63,305 nucleotides of DNA, filler included, from Kipferlia bialata (GCA_003568945.1; 4 parts of 4 records of this genome joined end to end with filler, not necessarily neighbours in it), one strand, 5' to 3'; positions 37,001 through 52,405 are shown, counted from the first letter of the whole stretch. The notes: generated by a model not told the origin, from the letters alone. A program made the numbers and translations.

Positions 37001-40000
37001 ACGTCTCAGGACAGAGAGGGAGAGAGGACTGGAGACTGGGAGGGCCCCAGGGAGGAGGTATGCGTTGCCAGCCTGGCCACCATCAACACCACCTGAGAGA
37101 CTGGTCTTGGGGTACACCCAAGGCCCAATCAGACCAAGACGGGTCAGCAGAGAGCAGAACCTCCGCACCCGGCATATCTCCTGCACCTCCTCCTCCCCAG
37201 TGGCACCCTGCACGTCTACAGAGGGCTCCCTAGAGCGTACATGGGACCTCTTTGTGTACACACTGGGTATGGGTACACACCCAGCCACCCCGTGTGCCGC
37301 TCTAGATGAGGGGGGCACTGTCATGCCATCCAGCACCGTGACAGAGAGGGTGGTGGGGGCATCAGGGGGTGGGGCCTGGGCGTTGGCCGCCGCCTCCTCC
37401 TGGGCTATGCCGTACAGGTCCCCAGCGGCCTCTGTCAACTGCTGGTGGTGTCTGGCCTCACACAGCACAGCGGCCATGCCGTCTATGTCTAGAACAGGCG
37501 CCATCTGGCCCGTGCCCCTACTACCTGAGTGGTCGTGCAAGGCATTGAGAACTATCCCGAACACCTCGGGGTCCAGTATCACCAGGCCCTCCCTAGGGTG
37601 TATCTGGACGTGGCCTAGTCCTTCGAGAATCTTGAGGTCACTGGCCACAGCCTCATTCACATCAGGCATGTCTCTGTGGCTGGTCACTGCTGCCAGCCTG
37701 CGGGTCTCACTGAGGTCCATCCATAGAGAGCCCCTCACCTCCTGCAGCACCGACAGGAGACGCACAGCAGAGGCGGGGTAGGACCTGGCATAGAGCATGG
37801 GCACGCTGACCACAGACTCACACACCAGCAGGTACAGCAGCTCTGCCGACATCCTAGACATGGGTGCCTGGCACCGCAGGGCCTCGTCCGGTGTGACTAA
37901 GAGGTCCCCGGTGATGGTATCTAGGATGTCCTGGAGGGCAGGGCCAGGGGGGGAGTTGGGGGCAACCCCGTACTCAAGCACAATGGCCCTGACCCCGTAG
38001 CCCTTGCTCTCCCTCCCCTGCAGCATCGAGACGGAGGTGGACAGAGACCCAGGCCCCTCCTCGGGACTGAAGCACAGCACAAACACCCCACTGCCATAGA
38101 GGAGTCTGGACGAGTCTCTGTCCGGCAGCTCTATGATGTTGAGGATGACGCTCAGGTCCTCTCCTCCTGTTGACCCCGCAGGCCTAACCGGCACCTGCAC
38201 ACTCAACCACCTGTGCAGAGACCCAGGGCAGTACGGGCCACACGTGTCCTCCGGTATGAAGGATGGCCCAACAAGGTGGGACAGGAGGGCGTGGCACACG
38301 TCCGTCCTGCCGCTATTCTCTGACCCACACACGTACACATTGACGGCCCTCTGCCTGGAGTGGTCAGGCTCTGAGGAGTAGTCAGTAGGGAGACGCAGGG
38401 TGAGGGCCTGGAGGCTGTCGAGCAGGCTGAAGTTGGTGTCTGGGGCCTGGTCCATGGTGCGAGGGGTGTGTGCACCGACACTCATCAGAGAGACAGCGGT
38501 GGTCCTGGAGTCCTGGGGCAGGTGCCGCTCAAACAGGCCCCCTCCCTCGTTCATCATGGAAGTGCGGGTGGCGAGGTCGGTGGCCTCGGAGAATGAGTCT
38601 GGGAGGCCACTGACACATGTGCCGGAGAGATCCAGCAGAGACAGCCGGGGACACAGCCTGATGTCGAAGAGACACGTCACAACCGGTGTGTCACACACAC
38701 TCAGCTCCCTCAGGCTGTGTAGCATGTTGATGCCCCTGGGTAGCACAGACAGAGAGGTGCGGTCCAGATTCAGCTCTGCCAGCCTCTCTAACTCAAAGAG
38801 GGTCTCAGGTAGGGCAGTTAGGGGGTTGCCCCCCAACCTGGCGACTGCTAGGGAGGGTGTGTGTCTCAACAGGTCTCCAAACACATGGATGTCATTGTCA
38901 GACAGATCCATGACAGACAGGTTGGGAAAAAGACGCGTGGCGGCCTTGGGCACTGCCAGTATGGGAGGCTGGGCTAGGCAGCCACCGATATCGAGCTCCA
39001 TACACTCAAACACCCCTCCGTCATACACTGCATCATCAAACAGGACATCCACAATGTCTGTGCCATACTCGGCTAGACCGTGGAGCAGAATGCGGGGAAT
39101 GAATCGCACCCCCACCTTGTCGCTCAGCCTGGGCCTGCCGGATATGGCAGACCTGAACACGATCTGTGACAAGATGCCCGAGAGGGAGGTGGAGGATGGG
39201 GAGAAGGGGTCGCGACGGACCTCCGCCTGAAGGGCCAGGGCCAGGGGCGCCAGCGGCAGTTTCATCTCTGGGGGATTGACCCTGAGGTAGTCGCCTAGCT
39301 CAGCGCACACCACCTCCTGAGCCAGTGCCCGCTGTGCCTGTGTACATGGCCTGGCACCCCCCTCAGCTGTGTCTGCCAGACAGTCCCTACTGAGTGTCTG
39401 CATGGCATAGCGCACATGCTCAAAGTGCATGTCCTCCAATGGACCCTCCACTATCAGGGGGGTTGGGAAGAGGGTGGATATGACGCGTCGCACCATGTGC
39501 ATTCTGACTGGTAGCTCAACCGCAGAAGGTCCGTCCCCCACATAGTCTAGGAGCAGTCTACCCAGCGAGGGCTCAGCATGGGTCAGGACGTCCCTGAATG
39601 GGGTTCCTGTCTCGAGGAATACGTCCAGCAACCCAGTGTTGGCACCCACACAGTCGAGATAGACGTGCAAGAGGGGGTGGGTGACAAAGAAGGGCTGGAA
39701 TGCGGCCAAGACAGACACTGCGTCTAGGGTAGGGTCAGGGTCTGGGGAAGGGGTCTCTGTCCGGAGCAGCTGCACAGCCCTGATCAGTGGTCCCACAAGA
39801 GCCACCACGTCCTCTCTCTCCATCCCCTCAACAGCGTCCCCATCTCTGAGCTCAGATACCCCAGACCTGGCTGCGGCAGAGAGAGAGTGGAGGGCACCGG
39901 CGAGGTACTGGCGGGGTACCTCCTCCCCCAGGGTGTCTGATATGTGGGACACTGCCCTGGTGATAGAGGGGGCCTTGACCACTAGACCTAGGACAGACAG

Positions 40001-41958
40001 GCTGTCGTGCACCATGCCCAGCTGTCTGCTGAAGGTGGTGGCGGCCACTGCCTGGTGGATATCAGAGGGGTCGATGTCAGAACCCATCACAGACACGAGG
40101 AGGGGGACCACACACGTCCCAAACACCATGCTGGTGCCCACCCTCTGCCGCAGTGAGACCAGGTGCTTGAAGGATGTCACGAACTGGGCGCTGCCTGTCT
40201 GGGCCTCAAAGGTAGGGTCAGCACTCAGCTCCAGCAGACACGCCTCTGTCACAGCCACGATCTGGGTATCCACGCCCAGGGATATGGGACTGTCACTAGA
40301 TGCGGCGTTGCATAGCATGCCGCAGAACCCTAGCACAAAGTCGACTGTGTCTGAGTGTGAGTCTGTCCTGCCCAGCCTGATAGAGTACTCCACACCAGCC
40401 AGGAAGGGACCCATACAGGGTGCTGCTAGGAGGGAGGAACACACAGAGAGCTGGGCATCGCGGCCAAGGAGGGAGAAGTGGTGCTTGAAGGTGGACAGCA
40501 GCAGGACAAAGAGGCTGTGCCTTGTGACTGGGGTCACGTCCCTGTCCCCCCCTGCACTCCCCATCCTCACATCGGCAGATGAGGGTGCAGACCCCTGGCA
40601 CGGGTAGAAGGCGCTGGCCCTCACCACCAGGAGCAGCAGAGATACAAACTCCTCCTCCCCCCTGCCTATATCGACCAGCTCGGCCAGGGCCATCGTGCTG
40701 TGCCTGATGCCAGACACCGTCCTGGACCACGAGAAGGGGGTCTCGTCCTTGGGGTCGTACCAGGAACTGATGACGTCAAAGGCCTTCGCTATCCCCTTGC
40801 GCTCACTGGCCCCCGTGACATCCAGCTCAGTCAGGCCTGATAGCACCCTACACATAGCGCCCAGTAGGAACTGGAGGGCCCCAGGGTGCATGTCCCGTGC
40901 CTTCCTCAGTCTCTGGCACACCCTCTGGAGCATGCCCCTTCTGACGTAGAGGATGCCCACCTCCTCGTGGTGCACACAGGCCTCATTGAGAATGCTCTTA
41001 CAGAGCGATATGACCTCCGAGTCCGGCCTTGCCTCCACGGTGGATAGGACCCAGTCCAACAGACCATACTCTGCCAGGGCCACCTTGTCCGGCATGCCCT
41101 TGATGAGGCCTAGGAGCAGGCCCAGCCTGGCACAGAACCACGGGGAGGGCTCGTCCAGAGAGGTGCCCTTGAACAGACACCCCTTGACAAAGGACTGGTA
41201 CCCCTTCTTGTCCCCTATCCTCAGCCCCCACTGCTTCCCTAGGGTCACTGTCACAACCTCCCTAGTGTGACTGGACATGGACCCTGGCCCAGAGGCACAC
41301 AGCAAGGGGACTAGCGCAGCCCCGTTCTCAGGGTAGGACAGGGTGAGGGCAGCTATCACGCTCAGGGCCATACCAAGGGTGTGCTCTCCCACACGATCAC
41401 TCTCTCTCTCCCTAGCTGTTAACGGTTCTGCACTCTGCACCGCCGGGGGAACACAGAACGACAGCTCCCTCAGGTGCTGCACTGCTATGGCTGTGGTGGT
41501 ACTAGCCTCTCTGTGCAGACCCCCGCCCCATGCCTCAGACCCATGCATAGGATGGGTGGGGTGGGTACCACTGGGTGGTAGGGGGGGCAGGGCACCACCG
41601 GCCACCCTATCCTCCCCCTCACAGCTCTGCTCGTCTGTCTCTGACTCAGACACTGCCACCGGTGCCTCCCCCCCTCCCCCCTCCCCCGATGTCTGTCTGA
41701 GCCTGACCCAGGCCTGGGACCTGGCCACACTGAGCTCACTGTCGGGGGAGAGAGACTCACTCTGCCGAATGACAGCACGCAGCATTATAGCCACCACACC
41801 AGAGTTGGTACCCTCTGGGGAGACGACCCTCACCTCCTGCAGGGTCTTGTGGAGCTTGGGGTTCTGGCCTAGGGTGTACAGGAGGGATACTGCGGAGGAA
41901 AGCATGCCCTGTTGCATGGGAGACATGGGGGTCACACACCCATCGCGTACCAGGGAGT
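34070..41958 (-). CDS. Roco-family protein (helical/ARM-like N-terminus, LRRs, degenerate Roc, COR, C-terminal extension); 5' exon(s) lost
   Basis: Single ~7.9-kb exon after a CTCACCCCAG acceptor (41959). LRRs (LSVMDLSDNDI, LAELNLDRTSLSVLP, LSLLDLSGTCVSGLP), P-loop-like VYVCGSENSGRT, and COR-like motifs (YPASAVRL, LKILEGLGHV...VILDPEVF, YLLPGALP, LWVSGGVL, CPAC...CPQC). Confidence 0.75.
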
Positions 41959-42120
41959 CTGGGGTGAGAGAGGGGGGCAAGGTATATCCGCATAATGTGT
42001 TAGGTGCCACTTCATATTGGGAAACTATTTAAATATGGACAATTGAGACGGACACCATACACAGGAAGCCACTGCCACTCCCCCCCCCCCCCCCCCCCCC
42101 CCCCACCAAAACACCTACCT

Positions 42121-42220
42121 NNNNNNNNNNNNNNNNNNNNNNNNNNNNNNNNNNNNNNNNNNNNTTAATTAATTAANNNNNNNNNNNNNNNNNNNNNNNN
42201 NNNNNNNNNNNNNNNNNNNN
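42121..42220. other. Artificial contig linker
   Basis: N block with a central TTAATTAATTAA. Confidence 0.97.
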
Positions 42221-42226
42221 AGAGGT

Positions 42227-42266
<40 letters not shown>

Positions 42267-42339
42267 GAGAGAGAAAGAGAAAGAGAGAATGAACACTATA
42301 CCATACACCACTCCTACAGCGCTACCATACATATACTCA

Positions 42340-43793
42340 CATAGGATTGCCACGACGACTGGGATAGGCTCGAGGTGGGACTTGAAGTGGAGGCCGATGT
42401 AGCCAGATGCGGCAATCAGGATCACGAGGAAGAGGATGTAGAACCACTGGTGCTGGGGGTAAGGAGAGAGAGAGAGAGAGAGAGAGAGTATTGATGTAGA
42501 ACCACTGGTGCTGGGGGTGAGGGGGCGGAGAGGGAGATAAATGATGAAAGGTAGAACCACTTTACTAGTACTGGGGAGCAAGAGAGAGAGAGATCATTGG
42601 TACACCCACCTCGCCAGGGTTAGTCCACTTGAATATCTTGCCCTGGAAGAGCAGGACCAGGGACTCAACGGCTACGACAAGGGTCCAGCCTGGCAGTCAG
42701 AGGGGTATTCTATATCGACTGATTGTGTTGCATGAAAGAAGTTGTCGTCTCTGTACATGTAAGTGTGTGAATGGGAGTGAATCTATGTACATCTGCAGAC
42801 TAGAACTGGAGTATACTGGATACCTAGGTAGACAGCAGTGGGTCCCTGAATCAGCCAGTGGGTACGGCCAACCTGGAAATTAGGGCAGAGAACAAGAGAC
42901 AAGAGGGAGGAATACAGTGACGAATAAGACATTACAAGGAGAGACACAGAATGGTTTCCTGGGAGGGGGGAAGAGAGGGTTGTGTATGTAAACACCCCTT
43001 ACTCGGTCCACTCCTCACTTCCCTATAGAATAGTGCAGACCGATACAGATGTAGACCTTACCTGCATGTACATGTAGAACACACATGCACACAGGAGCAG
43101 GCAGAGAGGGCAGTAGATCCAGTACCAGAACTTCTCCATGACAAGGTTAGCGGCAACGCTGAGGATGCAGGATACCTAGGAGGGTAAGGGGTGAGAGAGT
43201 GAGAGAGAGGGAATAACTGATATAGGAAGTCAACAACTGACGTATATGTACTCATTGGTGATGAGAGAAGCAGTGACAGATACAAGACAAGACCACAAGA
43301 GTATGAGTAGTCAAACGACGGGATACGTGGATGTGAAGATGGGAGTCAAATTCAATCATATCCTGCTCCCTCGTATCTGGCACAATTACACCCATCACCC
43401 AAATACAGAATATATATATACCGTACAAGCCATATATAATATGTATTGATGTATCCTAACAGCACACGTACCCAGAAGCAGTCGTAGAGCCTCTGCTTGT
43501 CCTTGGGGGGGTTCATGAACATCATAACTACCATGGCACCCAGGCCAAGGAAGATGATGGTGTACAGGATGGGGTAGTGGTAGGGGCTCATCAGGGTGCT
43601 GGGGGGGAGGGGAGTGTGTGGTGCAGAGAGAGTTGCATTATGCACTGGGTAAATGAATGATAGCAACGTACTAGCCTCCCATGGTGAATCCGTGAGTGAC
43701 GAAGAACACAACAACCATGGCCAGCCACAGCACAGCAGACACGATGTTCAGCACCATGGGCGACATGCCGCCAGACTTAGATCCCTTAGCCAT
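42340..43793 (-). CDS. Multi-pass membrane protein, 3' end lost
   Basis: ATG 43793 (MAKGSKSGGMSPMVLNIVSAVLWLAMVVVFFV) followed by hydrophobic exons (ILYTIIFLGLGAMVVMMF; VSCILSVAANLVMEKFWYWIYCPLCLLL; GWTLVVAVESLVLLF; WFYILFLVILIAASGYIG). Loosely TspO-like, not confirmed. Confidence 0.7.
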
Positions 43794-43965
43794 ATCTGTC
43801 CTAAAGAGAGGCAGTGATCACCGAATTGCTCTTTCTTCTGGCCTCAAATTGACACATTACAAAAGGGTTCAAAAACTCACCCACTGATTCCTTCTCTATA
43901 TAAGGCTAAGAGATCTAGGCTTAGATAAGTGTTGAAAAGCTAACGCAAGTGTGGGGGAAGTACCT

Positions 43966-46900
43966 ATGCGTATATACGTACGCAACCAGGGGGGAGGGGA
44001 CATCCTGAGTGTGGAGTGTGTATCCACTGCCTCTATCACATCCAGTCCTGACTCCCCCTCTCTCTCCCTGCACTCCACAGTGGCACATCTCATAGATATG
44101 GTACAGAGACAGCTAGCCGAGAGTGTGAGGGTGGATGTGGATGACGAGACTGACAGTGAGGATGTGGCTGAGGGGAGAGAGAGAGAGATGGACGTCACAA
44201 CGGTTCCTCTCACCGTCACCCTTCTGGACAGCACCCACTCCCCCCTCTCCCCACACACCGCTATTGGAATGCTAGGTATGTATATACTGCTCCATATACT
44301 CATACTCATATTCTTAGTGTTTCTGATGCCAGGTGTGACAGCTGATGCCATGGGTTGTGTGCATCTCACAGCTGTGGTGGAACAGCCTTCTGAGGGAGAG
44401 ACCGGGGAGGGAGGCAGAGAGAGACAGAGAAAGAGACCACCCCTGGCGGATGTGAGGCGTGTGTCCAACTCCGTAGAGCACACCACTCTGGCTCATGCTC
44501 CCAACCTCCATCTGGACCCAGGCACAACAGTCACAAGGGTGAGAGTGCACTCTTAGTGTGGATGATATAAGCCCAGTGATATGTGTATTCCCACATATTC
44601 ATATAACCACCTGCCGTTTGCCCTATTCTCTCTCTCTCTCTCTCTCTCTCACCCCCCCCCCTCCCAATTACATCTCTTTTACTACCAGCGACACTTCTAC
44701 TCTTTCCATAATTTGTGTTACTAAATTCAACATATCTACGCATATGGCCCTCCTCACCCCAGGGCCCTGTTGTCAACATGCTGACTGTGTCTATGGATGC
44801 AGTGGTTGCGGTGGAGGGGGGGAGGGTACGGCAGGTGGTGCCCATACACGACGTACCCTCTAGTACACCCTCTAGTCAGAGTATGGTGTCAGTAGAGGGT
44901 GGGAGGTACACCCTGCTGAGTGTGAGCAGAGAGAGTAAGAGGATGACTAGCCAGGTCACATCCCTGCCGCTTAAGGCCACTGCATACAGTCTGAGAGTGA
45001 TTGAAGGGTGTGCGAGGTGGGTTGAGTGCCCCCTAGACATGAGTGATGGTGCCACATCGGCACTGTCCCAGTCACCCAGAAATAGGGGTGCAGTAGATGA
45101 AGAAGAAGAGGGGAGAGAGAAGGGGGGGAGGGGTGTGGTCATGGGAAGGGACTCGGAGACAGGAGGGCTATTGGTTGCTACCCATGTCTCAGGGACTGTC
45201 ACCCATGTCCTGTCCCTACACACCACACACAGTCCCCCTCAGCTAAGGGTGAAGTGTGCAGTTACCAACCCCCTACCACCTGTTGGTGGGAGGGAGGGGA
45301 AGCCCTATGCAGAGGAGCTCTCTCTGTCTGTGGCAGGGGCAGAGGCAGTGATGTCGCTGAGGAGCCCCAAAAAGAGAGTGGCTGTGCCTTCAGTATCCAC
45401 TCTCTTAACCACAGGGAGTCAGAGGGTGCACGGGGTGGAAGGTAGGACACAGTCACATATAGCATTTTTTCCCTCTAGAACTAACCCAGGGTATAGCGTC
45501 ACCCCCTTCCCCGGTGGCTCTCTCTTCCTATTGGGAGGGACACTGCATGCAGCTGTGCACAACAGCACGTGCATGGTCGTTGCTAGGTATATTATGTGGG
45601 AATGAAGAGAATACATGTATATATATTGATATATAATAGTAGATTTTGAACTTTTAGACGTCATTTCTCATTTGTCTCACTCAGGGATGTGGCCAGGTTT
45701 TCTGTGCATGGCGACACAGTCCTGTGGGTAGATACCATGGGCACACTGTCCTCTGCATGCACCGCACAGCTGAGGAGGGTCAGACACCTGGTGGCATGGG
45801 ACCCCACCACTGATACCCTGCCCCCTCATACCTCTCCTAACTGGGCCAAGGGTTTCCCCGTGTCCCCCCTGTCTCAGTCTGATGGGGTGCCTCTCTCCTG
45901 TCACCTAGTACAGTGCCATGTATCTAGTACCTCTCTACTCCATGTGGCTCTGTCAGACTCTGTTTCTGGCACAGTCTCCATACAAGGACTCTATGTACTA
46001 GACTGTGTCACTGGCAAGTGCGAGGAGCGAGTGACATTTGTCCCCCAGTCACCCTCTGTTGATACCTATGCCGTTCCCGCTCCATTCACAACTGGTGTAT
46101 TCGTGGGTGGGATGGTGTATGGATGTGTCAGGGGCAGTCTCTTCTGCATAGATATCAGTAGAGCCTCAGTCGCAGACACCAGTGTATCGTGCATAGACAC
46201 CCCTAGAGTGGCAAGGGGAGAGAAGTGTCTCATACTCAGCACACCCACTGGGCAGAAGCAGTACCCCCTTCCAGAGTGTGATAGGGTTGGTGTGCTGCCT
46301 CTGGTTAGTACAGGTACTTATAATCCCCATATACATACTCTCACGTACATATATCTGATTGTGCCTCATACCAGATGTTGGCTCTATGGTTGGTGAGTGT
46401 TCCTCAGGCGCATGTCTAGATGGAGTCGCAGAGACAGAGACAGGGTACTACAAAGTACAGGAGTGTATGTGGCACCCAATGGGAGTAGTGACAGACACTC
46501 CCTCAGTGGCAGTGACAGAGCAGAGAGGCAGAGAGAGAGCAGAGAGGACACCTCAGTGTGTTACTGTGGAGTCTAGGGAGCACCTGGAGTCTGTGCTCAG
46601 GGCTGGTGGGGCAGAGAGGATTGTGGTCAAGGGTCTGAGGCTGGATGATGCCCTAGCAGGGAGGTAGGGATCATATTTCACTCTGTTTGCTCGTCTATGT
46701 ATTCAGACCTCATATATTCTTCTATCTCTTCTCTCTTCTTCTGTCTCTTCTCCCTCACCCCTAGCACATGTCACCAGTGGTCCTTTGAGAGGTGCCACTT
46801 CTCCTCTCTCGCCAGAGCCAGGTTCTCTGAGTGCTCTTTCCAGGACTGTTCCTTTGAGGTACAGATTGTATTACTAGTGACCTCTATGATATCATATTGC

Positions 46901-49900
46901 TATATATCAAGGTACTTATGATATATTACAGGACTGACCCCAGACATCTGACCTGTCTGCGTGTAGTCTCTGCAAGACCACCCTCAAGGGATGCACCCTA
47001 GAGCATGCGTTGCTAACCCATGCATCCCTGGTTGATGCCCAGTTGGAAGGTACGGCAGAACCAACCCTATAACTCATGTACTAGTGACTCATGCCTTGTA
47101 GCGTGCGTCTCTTCCATAATTCTCACTATAGGGTGCAGCCTTAGCAGAGCCAATATGTCCCATGTGACCATGGTCAACGTCTCCCTTAAGGAAACACCAC
47201 TGATGGGAACAAATCTAGACCACTCCACTCTCTCAGGGTTGAATATGAAGGTTAGCTTTCGTACTTATATACCCATAATGATTTGTATGTTTTCCGTTCG
47301 TTCTGCTTACACCAGGGCTGGGACCTCTCAGGTGCTTCCCTCATAGAGGCTGTGCTAAGGGGCTCCACTCTCGCTGAATGCAACCTGTCCGGGGCCTGTC
47401 TCAAGGGGTGTGACCTCACAGGGTGCCTGGGTCTATCAGAACAACAGATCAGGGCAGTACAGCCAGACTTGCAAGGTATGGGGTTAAGGTACAGACTATA
47501 CTGTGGTAAGGTGTATATTCTTAACCTCAGGTATCAAGCTGACAGGCCTTGACGTTGCAGAATGGGACCTATCCGGCCTCAACCTCAACGGAAGTGACCT
47601 GTCAAGGACAGATATCAGTGGCTGCAATCTCACAGGTACATAAGCACATCTCTTACGAATTATGCGTCCTCAACTATATCCCATACAATATCCTACAGTA
47701 AATATTTGTAGCATTTACCTGTTCAACTGTTCTCTACTATCTCACACCACCAGGGACGACACTGGTCGGAGCCAATCTCTCCAACACCCGGTTCAGGTAC
47801 TGTGAGAGCACGCAACGTCCTCTGCTACCAGAGGTCATTCGGCTAGGATCCGGCATGTACAGCAGCTGTACAAACGGTGATACCAATATGGGGGCAAACC
47901 CTGATCCGCTGTGTCTCTTAACACCCGGCAAGGTGGATGTTCTGGTGGACGAGGTTATGGGGTGGGATGTAAGTCAGTTCCACCCCCAGGCCGGTTACAC
48001 CCAGTACCTGCTAGATGTCATGGAGGGCATAGCAGGTATAGTGACTATACTTCTTATCATATATATTCGGTGACTAGGCTCGTGGGACGTGGTCATTGTA
48101 TGATCCTCTTGTAATTAGTGGTGAATCTAACAACGTTCTCACAAAAGGGCTGAGCTCCATTACCTCCAATGTGGAACCTGTGATGACACGTGCCCAGAAC
48201 CTGATCACTCTAGCCAGGTACAGTACTGTGTCAGCACTCAGTTTCTTATGTACATCTTGCGTAACAACACCATATTACTTAGCCTTGTATTTAGACTAAT
48301 TTCCAGTCGGCACCAATCCTTATCTCGCCCCCTTCTGTCCCTGTTGGTGAAGTTCATAACATATGGGGAGGGTTCCACTCATCATATGGATAAGTGTGAC
48401 TCACTCTTACGGGTGTTGTCTGTATCCCTCAAGGTAGTGTCGCTCATTGCTTTACTATTTCAAACATCGGTCTCTCCCATTAATCTGACGCCAGCCTCTA
48501 GTGGCAAGCGAGCGCCGCTTCAGAGATTCCATCACAGATAGTGCATCTGGAGCCCAAGCCCCCCTGCCAAGTGTTGAGACAGCCGCCGATGAGAGAAGTG
48601 TCGCAAATGCCATATATGCCGTTTGTGGGGAGGATCGGTGGTATGAGACCACGGGTGTTACGAAATGGGCACAGGCAGAGAATGACTCTCTCCTTGACGC
48701 TTCCATGTGGCTCCTGAGGAGGTATAGTGTCTTTTGCAATTGTATCACTTATCAAATCCTAGCAAAATCGCACACTGACGAACAGGAGTGTCCAGGATGC
48801 TTCAACCACTCCCCTTTGCCTCCAAAGCATTCGGGACAGTATGATGTACATGTCAGATGAGGTATATGCCCACCATGTGTTACCTGAATATTATCCAATT
48901 ATCTCTTTCATCTCCATTGGGTCTTCTCTCTAATATGCGAGGACAAATATGTTTGGGTCAATAACTCGGGGGTTCTTGACGTGGCGACTACAGTGCTAGA
49001 CCAACATGCTGGAATCCCAAGGGTACTAGAGGAGGTCGTCCAACTAGGGGTTAGAGGAGTATTCTTAGGACGCCAGCCCAGTCTGGTTCCTGAGCCTAAG
49101 CAGCGTTCTTTTGCAAATGCGTTGTTGAGGGCTGTTCATGCCCAGGGTTCCACTGGTACTCCAGCTATCATGTCCACCCTGTTTGTGATGGACGATTGGG
49201 TGGTGGATTCCTACCACGGTATCATTGGCACTATGTTTGTGGAGCGCACTTGTGACATCATCGCAGACGCTCTCAATGCGTATGATCCCGCAGATAACGA
49301 GGCTGCCCGGCTGGTGTCTGATCTCGTACTCACTGAGACTCTATTCATCTCCAAGTTCTTCCATTATGGCGGGCTCCCTGCAGAGATTGGACTCAGAGTT
49401 GTGAAGACGTGCATGGATGTCAGCTCTCGCTTTCCACTCGAGAACGCCGTGATAGAGGCATTGGTGTTTGTTGGTAACGGCAGGGTTCTAGAAGGACTGG
49501 TGCCAGAGCCAGAGACGAAGGTCTCCTCTGCTAAGCTCATGCCTCTTCTCAGGCAGTGTCCTGGTTTCATTTGTGCTGTCTCCCGTCTGTTCCACGGTAG
49601 AAATGAGACCATTGGGAAGAAAATGGGGCTAGGGCACACTAGTATGGATAGGATGGGTCTCAGCGTCATTGTGTCGTGTTTCCAGGATCTTGGTAAGTGA
49701 CTGTCTATAAGACACAGGTCTCCAATTGATATATCTATTATTTGGATCCACCGTACTCTTATCATCCCAACACCAGGTGATGCATTCGAGGATGATGGTC
49801 ATTTGGCTGTTGCCTGTGAGGCTGGTCTGCTCCAGTCAGTCTTTGGTATGATGGCCACCGCCGTTAGACCCCCAACCTTCAGGGGAGATGTCGATGTGGA

Positions 49901-50576
49901 CAGTGGCACGGCAAGAGGTCTGACGGAGCTGGCAATTCTGGCAATGACGCATACCCAAGGTAGAGAGGACTCAGCAATTATTATATATCTCCACCAGATT
50001 CCAGTATTCATTCCAGGCGACTGGAGACTTGCTATGTCAGAGGCACAGAAGAAAGCTATGATGTGGTTCCTTTGTCGTTCTACCTCGAGATATGGGGAGG
50101 AAGGAGTGGCACATCAGGCGCTTCTCATTCGCTTGTGTGCAGCGTACCAAGGAGAGGTAAGTATATGCGTGTTCAGAGTTATGTTAGCCAGGGTGTATTT
50201 CTCATCCTTCAGGAGGCTCCCGATGATGACTTGCACCGGACCATGGCTGATCAGATAGTTAGGGTATGTGATACTGTTACGGAAGAAGAGGGTATTCACA
50301 GATAGCCATACTGTCAGCCATCTCATTATGGCATCGCAATTCATTTTCATACTCATCTTTGAGACAGTGAACTACTACTGAGTCGAGAGTACTAACCATC
50401 AGACCTTTACTATCATGGATGACGAAGCCACTCCGGAGGGTGTCAGGACCTCTCTTGTGGAAGGGGGGTCCATAGGGGACGATGAAGGCACCACTTCGCT
50501 GTTCTACAAGGCGTGGCAGAGAATGGCTGCCGAGGGTGGGATAGTGACCTTTGATGGAGTGACTTACTACCACTAG
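43966..50576 (+). CDS. Large multi-exon protein: N-terminal ubiquitin-like segment, beta-rich region, pentapeptide repeats, helical C-terminal region
   Basis: MRIYVRNQGGGDILSVEC...TVAHLIDMVQ resembles a beta-grasp start. Pentapeptide repeats at about 46760-47800 (DLSGASLIEAVLRGSTLAECNLSGACLKGCDLTG; DLSGLNLNGSDLSRTDISGCNLTG). The last exon TFTIMDD...GVTYYH* is in phase with the 50264 donor. Could be two genes. Confidence 0.6.
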
Positions 50577-51014
50577 AGTTAGAGCCCCAATGGGGTAGTT
50601 TAGACAGGCAATAGTTGAGACAGAGTATACATCACACATATGTTGGATTAGGGTCTTCGAATAGATTTCCCAGGTATACCTTGTTCCATCTCGAAATGAG
50701 TCATGGTTCAGACTGGTACTACCAGATACTCCAACTTAACTCACGAAGCAGTGATATACCATTCCAAATAGTTTAGACTCTCAGACAGTTTAGAGTCTCA
50801 GTTAGACTCAAATGTAGAGACCTCTAGAGATGCAACCCTGTCTCCTTATCTTCCATTTCCTTTACAGGATGTAGAGTTTACAGTGTCGAGTCTACACTGT
50901 AGACCATAGCTGATGTATGGCAGTGGATCCTGGGTCATGAACAGTCTCAATTACTGTTTGTGATGGAGTCTCTTATTCTATCCCTGGCTCAATCCCATCC
51001 CTCAAGGCCTCAGT

Positions 51015-52405
<1,391 letters not shown>

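Noticed and set aside
34143..42032. Many 100-300 aa plus-strand ORFs opposite the Roco exon (likewise opposite SMC3)
   Set aside because: Antisense shadows expected from GC-rich codon usage; no recognisable motifs.
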